From Paramecium tetraurelia (taxonomy: Eukaryota), in contig CT868011.1 in NCBI GenBank assembly GCA_000165425.1, positions 1 to 64,000 on the forward strand: a stretch of 64,000 nt of DNA. The letters are read 5' to 3'. Numbering within the stretch: the stretch's first letter is position 1; every line of letters starts with the position of its first letter. The notes under the pieces were generated by a model. The model searched no databases. It had not been told where the DNA came from and was given only the letters and a program-made list of their open reading frames with translations. A program made the position numbers and the translations under genes. Below, in pieces: positions 52,379 to 64,000 of the stretch.

Positions 52379-53844
52379 AATTATTAAAAAATTTATTAAT
52401 CAAGATATATTTTATCTATTCCCTTAAAACTACGATAATTCCATCCCCCTCTTCTCGTATATCTAAATTATTTCATACTACAAATCCACATTTCCCTCTT
52501 TTCATCCAAAATGCCTTTCCTCTTCATGCCTGCTTCCCATCAAGACCTTAAATTCGATCCCAAAAGTTTTAAGTGAATAGCAAACACCTAAGAATATTTT
52601 TGTTGGTTGAATACTTCTAAAATCTTAACTTCATTCATTTTGCCATCAGAATTTTGATTAACTGTCTCCTCTCAAAGATAACTATTTATTCTTAAAATGT
52701 TCCTCCATTTGGAACCCTTTTGAATCCTTTTCTGCATTTACATAGAATGGAAATCTCAAAATGAATCAAAGTATAAATTTTATTAATCACGTGAATTTTT
52801 CTTGGAGTTTAGACGCAGTGCTGTTAATTGAATTTGTTCTTTAGAATTGGAAACATTACCGTAGAACAATTATCCCAAATAAAACAGAGAAAAGGAAATC
52901 ATTATTTTTGTATCAATGAAGAATTTAAAATAAATCTGATTTTTCTTAAGTATTGAATAATTTGTAGTATAATTAATGCTCCTCATTCAAAAGCTGCATT
53001 TTAGTGTTACATATATTATAAATATGCTGTATTTCAAATGAGTCTTAATATTTAATAAATTATATTTGAAACTTGACCTTTTTTTGACTTTGATAAATGA
53101 TATAGATAAATTATACTGATTTCTTTGGTCCCTAAAATCAAAAGTAACTCTTTTATTTAAATAAAATATATTTTGAAACTATAAAACCTTATCTTGCAAT
53201 GATGAAAGAATTGATTATTAGAGTAGCGAACAGAAAATAAGTGATATTTTCTATTTGTAATTTACCAGTTATAAAATTCAACTTTTAAAATCTCAATAAT
53301 ATGAAATGATAAAATAAAAATTAAGACATAATTTATAGAAGTCAAGGAGATTGTTATTAAAACTAATAAAAAATAGAAATCAATCTCTCATTTTGAAATA
53401 TTAAACCGATTGATAAACTTCTTAATCTATTAATATACATATATTAATACAGATTTTTTAATCTATTTTGAAGTTGTGATAATAGAACTCACACATTTTC
53501 AATTCCATAAGCAAAATCTTTCAATCGGGTGAATTATATTCTTGTTTAATTATTCATAAGTATGATTAGATTATAATGTTCTCTTTCTTTTAAATGTTAA
53601 TGCTCATTTGTTAATAGTTTATTAGTGCCTACTAAGTTTTCTATTGAAAAAATTACACAACTGCTCACGCTTCGAAGATTATTACCAATCTCCCTTGAAA
53701 GATTTATAATTTCTGATGGCAGTACAATTATTGGGTATTTTCATTTTAATACCAATTTAATATCATATGAAGAAAATTAGCAAAATAGTTGAACTGAATT
53801 TACAAATATGATATTTTATAATTTTAATTGATACACTATAGATC

Positions 53845-56800
53845 TCAATTGGTGACTATCAAAATTAGTATGCCAAACATCAATCCATATTTGCTTGTAG
53901 GTTAAATAGGTGTATCTCCAATTGGGATAGGAGTATCTGTATTGGAAGAATTTGAATTGTCATTTGGATTAGATGGGTTGGTTGGAGACACTGCTTTTAT
54001 GCCGCAAACAAACTAGGAAGAATAATAATTAACTAATTACATTATTGTAAGGTGAAACGCATTCTTGGCAAACTCTTTATTAATCTAAGAAAAATCCTGC
54101 TTAGCAAACAGTACAACCAGTGGAATCAGAAGTGTAACAATTAGCTAAACTATAGGTATTGGAGTCGTTTTGAATTTTTTATGTTAAATCGACACAGCCT
54201 CCATTTTGAAGAACAAAGCCAGCTGAACAGGTTAGACAAATGTTGCCACTTGGTCCAGTACAAGTTCCACAGTTGTTTTAGCAAGGGTAGCAAGGTTTGA
54301 AAGCATAGGATTTGGAATTGAAGGTGATGGAAGACTGAACTAAATAGAATCCATCGTTACAGGTGCTACAAGTCTAAATAATTAGATAAATATTGTTACG
54401 TATTTTGAGTCGCAAGTCTTGCAATCATAAGGACATCCCTAACAATTTCCATTGATGTCAATGTAATTGCCATTAGCACAGGTACTACATTGCATTGTGT
54501 ATGGTGCAGTAGAACCGATGATTGTACAATTCTAGCATCCGCTGGGGCATTACTGACAAGAGTTAGTGTTAGTATTTAAAACATAACCATTTATGCATTA
54601 TTAACAAGTTAACCCACTTTAATCTGAATTCTAAATACAAGTAGAGCAATTTATAATCTTGGTGTTACATTAATCGCAATTATTTCCATATAAGGTATAT
54701 CCAGGAAGACATTACTAGCAATTTTGACTGTTAGAATTAGCAATAGTGAAGCAATTGGAGTTACTAGCTTAATAACAAGCATTTCCAAATAAGAAGTAGT
54801 TATCAGCACATTAAATAATGGTTAATTGAGTCTAATTTTCTAAAACCCCCTAACATCTTAAAGCATTATTCAAGGACGATGAACACAATGAGCATGTGAT
54901 AGGAGCTCCATCATATGCTTAGACTTTATAATATCCATCTGCACATTCAGTGCAAGTGGGATTTGAATTTCCAGGTTATGTGGTACATAAGTTACAATTG
55001 AGACATTAAGTGCATGTAGTTTAGCTTGTTAAAGCGTATTAAGGACTGCATACTTGGCATTAGGTGTTATCAGAATTACACTGAGCACATCCTCCAAAAG
55101 AACAAATGGAATTAGCTGTGGATGTTGAACATGATTAATTAGATTAGTTATAGGTGTAAGGGGAGGAGCATATGCAATCACCATTTGTTGAGTTAGGGTC
55201 TACTGTGAAATTAGTATTGCAGGTAGTACAAACAGTTGCACTTGAACAAGTCTAACAATTCTTAGGACAGGCAACACATTGACCAGAAGCATTAGTTTAA
55301 GAATTTGCATAAATCTTAAAGGAATATGAATTTGTTGTAAGTGTTGATTAATACCAAAAGTATCCAGGCAAACATTGAGTACAAGTATATAATGATGGAC
55401 AAGTAGCACAACCGGTATTGCATTTACTGCAAAATGGATTGAAGTATTGATAGTAATTAGTGTTAGTTGTCAAGGTGCTCTTAGAAGTTTACAATATGAA
55501 ATCCCAATTGAAGTAATATCCATTTGTACATTAAGTACAAGCTCCACTATTCTAATCAATAGTCAAACAACCATTAATAGCAATACATATGTTGCCAATT
55601 AAAGTATATCCTGAGCTACATTTAGAGCAAGCCAGTGACATCAGTTTATCAGAATACTGCATGTCAGTGCATCCTGTAGGTATAGGTACGCATTATTAGA
55701 CATTTTTGATGGTGATTAAGTAATATAAAGGATTACATTAGATTTAAGTGCAGGATGTAAAGTTATTGCAGGTTTAGCAAATACCGTTATTAACTGTGGG
55801 ACAAGGCATACAACTTTATCCAGTCCAAAAAGATCCAGATTTACATTATGGAGTTGTTTATCTTGTTGTGCTTAAGGGAGCAGCAGATTTGAAATAATTA
55901 GAATTTTTGCCTGAAGCCACAGATCCAAAGTTAGCGGATTAAACTTAATTGTCAGATGGATTAGATCGGCAAACAAACTATTAAAATAATTATAAATAAT
56001 ATATACTGCTGCTTAAGGATAGACGCATTATACGCAAGAATTATCGATAATTTATGATTAGCCTTATTGTGATAACCATCCATTGATAGGATAGAAACCA
56101 TAAGCGCACACATAACAGCCGTTATTTTGATTCTATTAGTTTTCTAAACAGTTTCCTTAGTCTTTAACGCAACCTCCATTTTGTAAGAAGTACCCGCTAA
56201 TACAACCAGAGCAAACATTTCCTGGAGATACACATTAACTGCAACCAAATTGGCAGGCTAAGCATGATCCATTGGATTCATAATAACCATTGATGCATGT
56301 GGAACACGTGGTTTCGTTTGAGCAACTCAAACAAGTGCTCTTGCTGCTGCTGTCTGTAGTACAAGCCACACACGAATTTGAACTCTTGTAATATCCAGTG
56401 TCACATTGAGAACAGTTATCGATTCCTGTGCCAGTGCATTTAATACAATTTGCTATACATAATTAACAAGTTGCAGAGGAATCACTGTAATAATAATTAG
56501 CACATGAACTACAAACAGGTTTATTATTTTAATCTAATGAGCAACTATTGTCAGCACAGTTAGCACATTTGTAGCAGATTTAATTACTTTGTAAGTATGA
56601 TGGCCAACAATCTGAGCACAATTATGAGTTAATTTAAGTGCCATCATTAGGTTAGAAGAGTTTTGAACATGTATTGGATGTTTAAGCTTGATAACATTAA
56701 TTATTGACTAAGAAGTAATTGTTTATGCATTGGGTTGGTGTAATTACTTTGGTTTTTGAGTCATAGGTGCATCTTAAAGCGAAATTGCCTCCTGTGTTGC

Positions 56801-59800
56801 ATGAATTGCATTGCGAATTTTCATTCAAATAAAAAGTGTCTTAACACACTGCGCAGATAGTTGAATAGGAGGAGCCTTGTTGAGTGTTTTTAGTGCATCC
56901 AGTGGCACAATTTTGAGGACATGAGGCACATGTATTATTAGCTAACAAAGTATAACCTGACACACAGTTGGAGCATAAATCATTGGCACACTCTGAACAT
57001 TGATTGGAATAGCCTGTGCATTTGATACAATTGGAATTTTAGAGTTTATAATTAGCTTCACAAGTAAGACAGACTGAGCCACTTGAGCAGGTAGCACATT
57101 CACTCGGACATTTGGTACATGTTTTATTTGAATCTAAATACCATTTGGTTGTGCAGACAATGCATTGAGTATCATTTGTGCAGACATTACAGCCAGCTAC
57201 GCAGGTTGTGCAAGATTGATTTTTCAAATAGTATGTAAGATCACAAGCTGTGCATTTGGTATTGCTCAAACATGATAAGCAGCCATTAATATCGGAAGAG
57301 CATTGATTGCATTGATTGTTGGATAGATAATAGCCAGTAAGGCAGGAGGAGCAAGTGCTTGAATTAGTACATGCTGCACAGCCTGATGGACAAGCACTGC
57401 AACCAGATGCAGTTAGGTAATATCCTATTATGCATAATGAGCACTCAGATACTGAGTTAACGCATGATGTGCACTTGGTGTCGTTACATTTGTTGCATGA
57501 ATCATTGCTTAATTGATAACCTACAAGACAAGATGTGCAGGTACTGGAACTTGTGCAGGAGGTACAATTACTCTTACATTGAGTGCATGCACCATTATCT
57601 AGGAAGTACCCTGTAAGACATTAAGTACAAGCTGAGGAAGTAGTTGAGCATGTTAAACAATTAGTATCTTGGCATTTACTACAGGTACTCACATCCAAAA
57701 ACAGACCAACTGTGCAAGCAGTGCAGGAATAAGTGCTTTAATTTATTTGGCAAGTTCTGCAGGCATCAACAGATGTAGAGCATGGGAGACATAAATTTCC
57801 ACTCAAATAAAATCCTGGAGTGCAAGTCTTGCAAGTGGAGCCATTATCACAGGTAGCACAATTTATAATTGAGGAGAAACATAATTGACATGTAGAACCA
57901 CTCAAGTAGTAACCAGTAATGCATGAGTTACATTTGGTTGCAGAAGTATCACAAGTAGCACATGGTAAAGTACACTTATCACATGTATTATCAGCCTTCA
58001 AATACATGTTGGTGAGACAAGTGACACATGTAACATCAGTTACTGCACATGTTAAACAATTAGAATTGCATTTTGCACATGTATTATTGTTAACATATTG
58101 ACCTGAATCACATCCAGTGCAGACTGATTAACTTGAGCAGATGGTGCAAGGATATAAGCATTGTTAGCATTAGGATCCGTCATAATAATATCCTGCCAAA
58201 CAGCCTGTACAAGTATTTTGATCAGTACACTTTGCACAAGGATCAGGACATTAGTTACAATTAGTGCCTGAAATATAATATCCATCAACACAGGATGAAC
58301 AACTATTTGCTGGATTGTTACAATTGAAACAAGGATATTAACAAGCTGTGCAGGTTGTTCCATCTTAGAAGTAAGCACTGGGACAAGACTTACAATTACC
58401 TGCAGTATTCTCGCATGTTTTACAAGGGTTATTACATTATTGACAAGTGTTATTACCATCTAAATAGTATCCAGCGATGCAACTTTTGCACTTACCTGCA
58501 CTATCAACACATGTGACACAATTGTTGGAGCAAACAGTACATGCTTGGCTGCCATCTAAGAAGTATCCATCTCCACAAGATTTACAAAGAGCAGAGCTTG
58601 AGCAGGTTAAACATGGAAGAACACATGTTGTACATGTACTTCCATTAAGGTAGAATCCATCATCACAAGACAAACAACTATTCGTTCCAGCACCGTTACA
58701 TGTGGCACAAGGATTGGCACAGATTGTGCAATTAACACCATCTTTGTAATAGCCATCAACACATTTGTCACATTCACTGGCAGAAGTCAAGCATGTGAGA
58801 CAAGGAGTTTGGCACTAGTAACATTGATGATCACTAGTTTTGAGGGAGTATCCAACAGCACAAGTTGTGCATGTGTTTTAATCATCACATATGATGCATG
58901 GGGATGGACAATAAGTGCAGGTAGCACCAGCTCCACTGCCATTCTTATACAAACCAGTGAAACATGAAGTACATTATGTAGCACTTGTGACACATTCTTT
59001 ACAGGGAGTTTAGCATGGATTGCAGCCATCTCCAGTTCCATTCAAGAAATAGCCTGGAGCACAACTTGAACAAGTAGTAGCTGATGTCTTACAAGCTGTA
59101 CAAGCAGTAGAACATTGAATACATTTTGTGCCATCCCAAAAGTAACCTTTAATACATCCAAGGCAAGCTGTATCGGTGCAATCAGCACAAGGAGATGTAC
59201 ATTAAATGCAGGTATTTACATTTAAGTAGTAACCAGTTATACATGAAGTACATTTAGTTTAAGAGTCAACACATTTATTGCATGGTTTTTAACAGATGTT
59301 ACAAGCATTGCCATTTCGGTAATACCCATCAATACAACTTTAACATGTATTTGCATCAGGTGAACATGTAAGACAAGGGCTTGCACATTCAGAGCATGTT
59401 GTTTATCCAGAGGGTAAGAAATATCCATCAAGACAATCTGTACATTCAGTTGTAACAGCATTACATGTTTTACAAGGATCAGTACATTATGTGCATGTCA
59501 AAGGAGGAGTTGTGGTTAAATGGAATGCCGAATCATTACATGATCTGCATTCGGTGGCAGAGTTTTCGCAAGATGCACATGGAGTCTAACATGGAGTGCA
59601 AACAGCAGGAGTTTATGAGGTATCATAAAAATACCCAGAAATACATGTATTGCAAACAACAGCACCTGCAGTGGCTGAATAAGAGCAAGTCAAACATGGA
59701 GTTGTGCATTAAACACATTTAGCAGGATTTTGAGTAGTATCATAATAATATCCTGGAATACATGAGTCACATGTATCTCCATCAGTATTGCAGGTAACAC

Positions 59801-62800
59801 AAGGTGAATTACAAACTGGACATTTAGGATTGTTGGGATCCTTATAGAATCCGTCTAAACAATTTATACATTAATCGCCAGCTGTTTCACATTTTTTGCA
59901 TGGTTCTTTGCACTCTGCACAAACGTTATTACTTAAGAAGTATCCATCTGGACATGCACTGCATTAAGCAGGACCAGGGTCAGTGTAGGTACATTTTGTA
60001 CACGGTTCAGCACATTAATTACAGGTTCCATTATTTTTATAATATCCATCATAACAGGAATCACAATTACTCTTGGAAGTAGAACATGTTTTACAAATGG
60101 CATCGCATTATTCACATTTTGAATTAATTAATGCAAAACCTGGCTAACAACCACTACATGCATCAGCTGAAACAGCACAAGCAGTGCATGGACTCTAACA
60201 TTACTCACAAGAATTATTATTGAAAAAATATCCTGTTGTACAAGATAAGCAGTATGTAGCACTATTATTTGAGCATGTTGTGCAAGTGTTATCACAAGGT
60301 TGGCATGCATTTGAATTATCCAAATAGTATCCTGGTAGACATTTTGAACAGGTTGTACTATTTTAACAATATAAGCATGAGTTGCTACATTAACTTGAAC
60401 AAGTGGGTGTTCCATAATATCCTGGGATACAAGAAAGACAGTTAGTGCTAGAATTTATACAAGTTGCACATTTTCCTGAGCAAAGTGTGCAAGTAACTTG
60501 GTCATTCTCTATAAAAGCACCATCAACACAGGTTTTGCAAGAAGTAGAACTGTTACAATATTTGCAATTTAAACTACATTGATTGCAGGATTAACCAGTT
60601 AAATAATAGCCATTTGAACAATCAGTACAAGTGTTGGCATCTGAGCATATCTTGCATGCTAAACTGCATTACTAACATTTATCATTTGCAGGGTAATACC
60701 CTTGAATACAACTCTAGCACACTTTAGCTCCAGTAGTGCATGCCGTGCAGGCAGTATCACATGGACGACAAACATAACTATTTGCACTATCAATGAAAAA
60801 TCCAGCTGCACAGGCAGTACATTTCAAGGTTGAATCTCCTGCATCAACTGCACATTTTTAACATACAGATTAAGTTGGACATTCTGTGCAACTGCCTCCA
60901 TTTAAATAGTAACCATCTTCACAGGCTTAACAATTGTTACCAGCTCCTGAGCATTTGATACAAGGGCTCTGACATTCAGTACAATTTGGAGAATTAAAAT
61001 AGTACCCATCTACACAATCCTTGCATGATCCTGTAGTATCATTACAAGTACGACAAGGGGATGGACATTGTTAACACTATTAATTAGCAACCGCATAGTA
61101 TCCATTGACACAAGAAGTACATTAGGTTGAATCACAAACATTGCAACCTCTTTGACATTAAGAGCATTGTTTTGCTCCGCTATTGTAATAATAGCCCACT
61201 TAGCATGTATCACAAGTATCCAATGCACTACACTTATTACATGCAGTTATGCATTATTTACAAGACCCATCTCCAGAGTCTTAAAAATACCCATCAATGC
61301 ATAATGTACATTTAAAGGAAACATCACAAGTTTAACAGAAATCTGGACATTATTTGCAAGCATCGTTTTATATTTAATAGCCTGAATCACAAGCAGAGCA
61401 TTTCACAGTACCATCTAATGCACACTATTTACAAGGACTTGCACATTCAGTACAAGCGTTACCATTCAAATAATAACCAACTAAGCATTCGGAACATGTA
61501 GAACTGTCACTACATTTTACACATTTTTAAGGACATTCTTAACAGACATCATTAGCTTATTTATAAAATCCATCTATGCAATCTGTGCAAACAGTAGCGC
61601 TGTCACATGTTGTACACCCTTTGACACATTGTGTACAAGTATTAGTTCCATTTTTATAAGAACCTGTTAAACAAGGCCCACATGAAGTATTAGAGGTACA
61701 AGTAGTACAAAAGTTTGGACATTTAGAACAAGCTTTGTTGTTTGGGTAGAATCCATCATAACAAGTTTAACATGTAGAGGTAGTTCCATCAGTTGTCCAA
61801 ACTTAGCAGCCTGTCGAAACCTATTCACAATCATTTCCATTTAAATTATATCCCTAAAAGCATTTAGTACATGCAGTGGAAGATGTGCACTCTAAACATG
61901 GGAATGTGCATTTAGTACATGAAGGATTACCATCTCCGTAATAACCTTTACTGCATTTAGAACATACAGAACTTGAGCATATATCACATCCAACATCACA
62001 TGATACACATGCATTACTACCATTAACGTGAAAACCAGAGGCACAAGTTTAACAAGTGCTTACACCTGTACATGTTAAGCAAGGATATTAACATTAAGTG
62101 CAATTAGGTAAATCTGGGTAATAGCCTGGAATACAAGTTAAACAAGTAGTGCTGTTAGAACATGTTAAACAATTGTTTGTACATCTATTACAAGAGTTAG
62201 GAGATGGGTCTGCTAAATAAAATCCATCATAACAAGAAGAACATTTATCAACTCCAGTATCAGTGCATGCCTTACAGGAGGAATTGCAAGTTGATGAACA
62301 ATCAGCTCCATAAGAGCCATCAACACATGATGTACAAGTTGTACCATTTCCAGTGCAGTTCTTACAAGGAGCAGTACATTTAGTACAGGCGGGTCCAGCA
62401 TTGTAATATCCTCCATTGTTTTCACATTCTGGTTGATCAGTAGTACAATTTTCAACACAATTTCTGCTGCAATCATCTCCAGGCACGCATGCTTTGCATT
62501 ATCCAGGATTGGCTGGATCTGGATATTTGTTTGCAGCTGTGCAAGTTAGGCATGTTTGAACTTCATTAGAATAGGTACAAGTTGCACAATCTCCAGAACA
62601 ATCATTTTTACAATTACTTCCGCTTTTATAATAGCTACTCCAACACGCTGTGCAAGTCGTATCATCGTCACACGCCAGACATCCTACTTTACATTAAGTA
62701 CATGTTGAAGAAGTTTGATAAAAGCCAGGGATACAAGAATCACATGTACTTACATCTGGATCACAGGTCAAACAATGACTAGTACATTAATCACAAGAGG

Positions 62801-64000
62801 ATCCATTCTTTATGAATCCAGGTCTGCACCCTTGGCAAGTGTTTGAATCAGTACATGTTGTGCACTTATCAGGGCATTTGTTGCAAGTGGCAGGTAAAGT
62901 TGCTGAAGGATAATAGCCAGTTGCACATACTTAGCAGTTAGTATCAGATGTGACACAGGTTGTACAAGAAGCACTACAAGGTTGACATTGATTACTACTT
63001 GGAAAGTAACCATCTTAACAACTTGTACAATGTGAAGCAGATTAGTTTGAGCAAACTTTACAATTAGCATTACAAGGCTAGCAAGCATTACTATTATCAA
63101 GATAATAACCAGCAAAACAATCTTAACAAGTTCCATTGCCATCAGAAGAATAACTATTGCATGGGAAAACGAACACATTACAAGTATCAGTTGTTATATA
63201 AAATCCAGTAACACAAGTTTGACATTTTGTTGGTCCGGTTGATTTGCAAGTGGCACATGGTAATTGACATTGAGAACATGTGTTATCATTAATCAATTGA
63301 GTTGAACAAGTATCACATGTGTCAGAGGGACACTTGAGACAGCCTACAGCGGAACATTCTTGACATTCTTTGCTAGCATTAAGAAAGAAGCCATCGCCAC
63401 AATCAGTACATTCAGTGGCTGAATTACAAACATTGCATGGTTTTGTACATTGTTAGCAAGTAGTTGTGCCATTAGGATAATATCCAGGTAGACATGTTGT
63501 ACAGGAGGCCTTTGTACACAAGAGACAATTGCTAGTACATTTTTCGCATGTATTATTATCAGGATAGTATCCGCCAAGACATTTGGAACATTCAGTTTTA
63601 CTATCTGGGCATTCTAAACAAGATGGTGAGACTAGACTGCAAGACTTGCAATCTCCAGAATCAAGATGGTATCCAGTGATGCAAGATGAACAATTTCCTG
63701 GATCAGTTGAAGAACATTTTAAACAATTGTTAGGACAAGCTGAACAAGTCGTCCCAGATAAGAAATATCCATCGATACAACTTGTCTTACATGCTGTTTA
63801 TGTAGTACATTAGAGACATGGTAGTTAACATTAGGTACAAGCTGCTCCATTTTTATAAAACCCATCAATGCAACTTGTGCAAGTATTTTAATCGGAACAA
63901 GTTAAGCATGCTTTTGGACATTAACTACAGGAATTGTTGTTTGGGTAGTATCCGGGGGGGCATGAATCGCACTTTGTTTGGTCTTCACCTGTACATGTAA
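53845..64000 (-). CDS. Giant Cys-rich furin-like repeat surface protein (over 3300 aa, 5' end beyond window)
   Basis: Dozens of CxxPCxTC..CxSCxxGYY units. The sampled ORF pieces from 56007 to 63998 share one frame. Introns at 54013-54040, 54374-54399 and 55978-56006. Pro/Thr linker, then C-terminal YGLMFGILILIVTN-TGA (GPI-signal-like). Confidence 0.9.

Noticed and set aside
50630..64000. Many short alternative-frame and opposite-strand ORFs in the Cys-rich genes
   Set aside because: Shadow ORFs of a repetitive Cys/Thr-rich coding frame under the wrong genetic code.
1..64000. Retained IESs, transposons, tRNA or rRNA genes
   Set aside because: No transposase ORF, terminal inverted repeats or structured RNA recognised; TA-bounded IESs cannot be called without a MIC/MAC comparison.

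Overview
Eukaryotic, very AT-rich ciliate macronuclear DNA, most likely Paramecium. TAA/TAG read as Gln, TGA is the only stop, and genes carry tiny (about 20-31 nt) GT..AG introns, so the supplied standard-code ORF track is fragmented and often shows shadow ORFs. All gene models below were translated by hand and boundaries are approximate where stated. Three zones. (1) 1-14.5 kb is a subtelomere-like graveyard of decayed members of expanded families (DUF4215 Cys-rich membrane protein, surface-antigen-like relics, pentapeptide-WD40, ADP-ribosyltransferase-like), with an N-gap followed by a telomere-like tract. (2) 14.7-50.1 kb is an ultra-compact run of about 25 genes: nitrilase, PI-PLC, ANTH protein, ALG11, CFAP299, CNBD K+ channel, SAPS-like, small Tim, CH-like protein, membrane-anchored otubain, CFAP100-like, Arp10-like, a kinesin with a degenerate switch I, an SQOR-like protein lacking catalytic Cys, and an SRP54 M-domain-only protein. 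(3) 50.2-64 kb holds two tandem minus-strand Cys-rich, probably GPI-anchored surface protein genes. The giant one (over 3300 aa, 5' end outside the window) appears to carry a fused copy of the smaller gene's architecture at its C-terminus. No prokaryotic systems, CRISPR arrays, rRNA or tRNA were seen.
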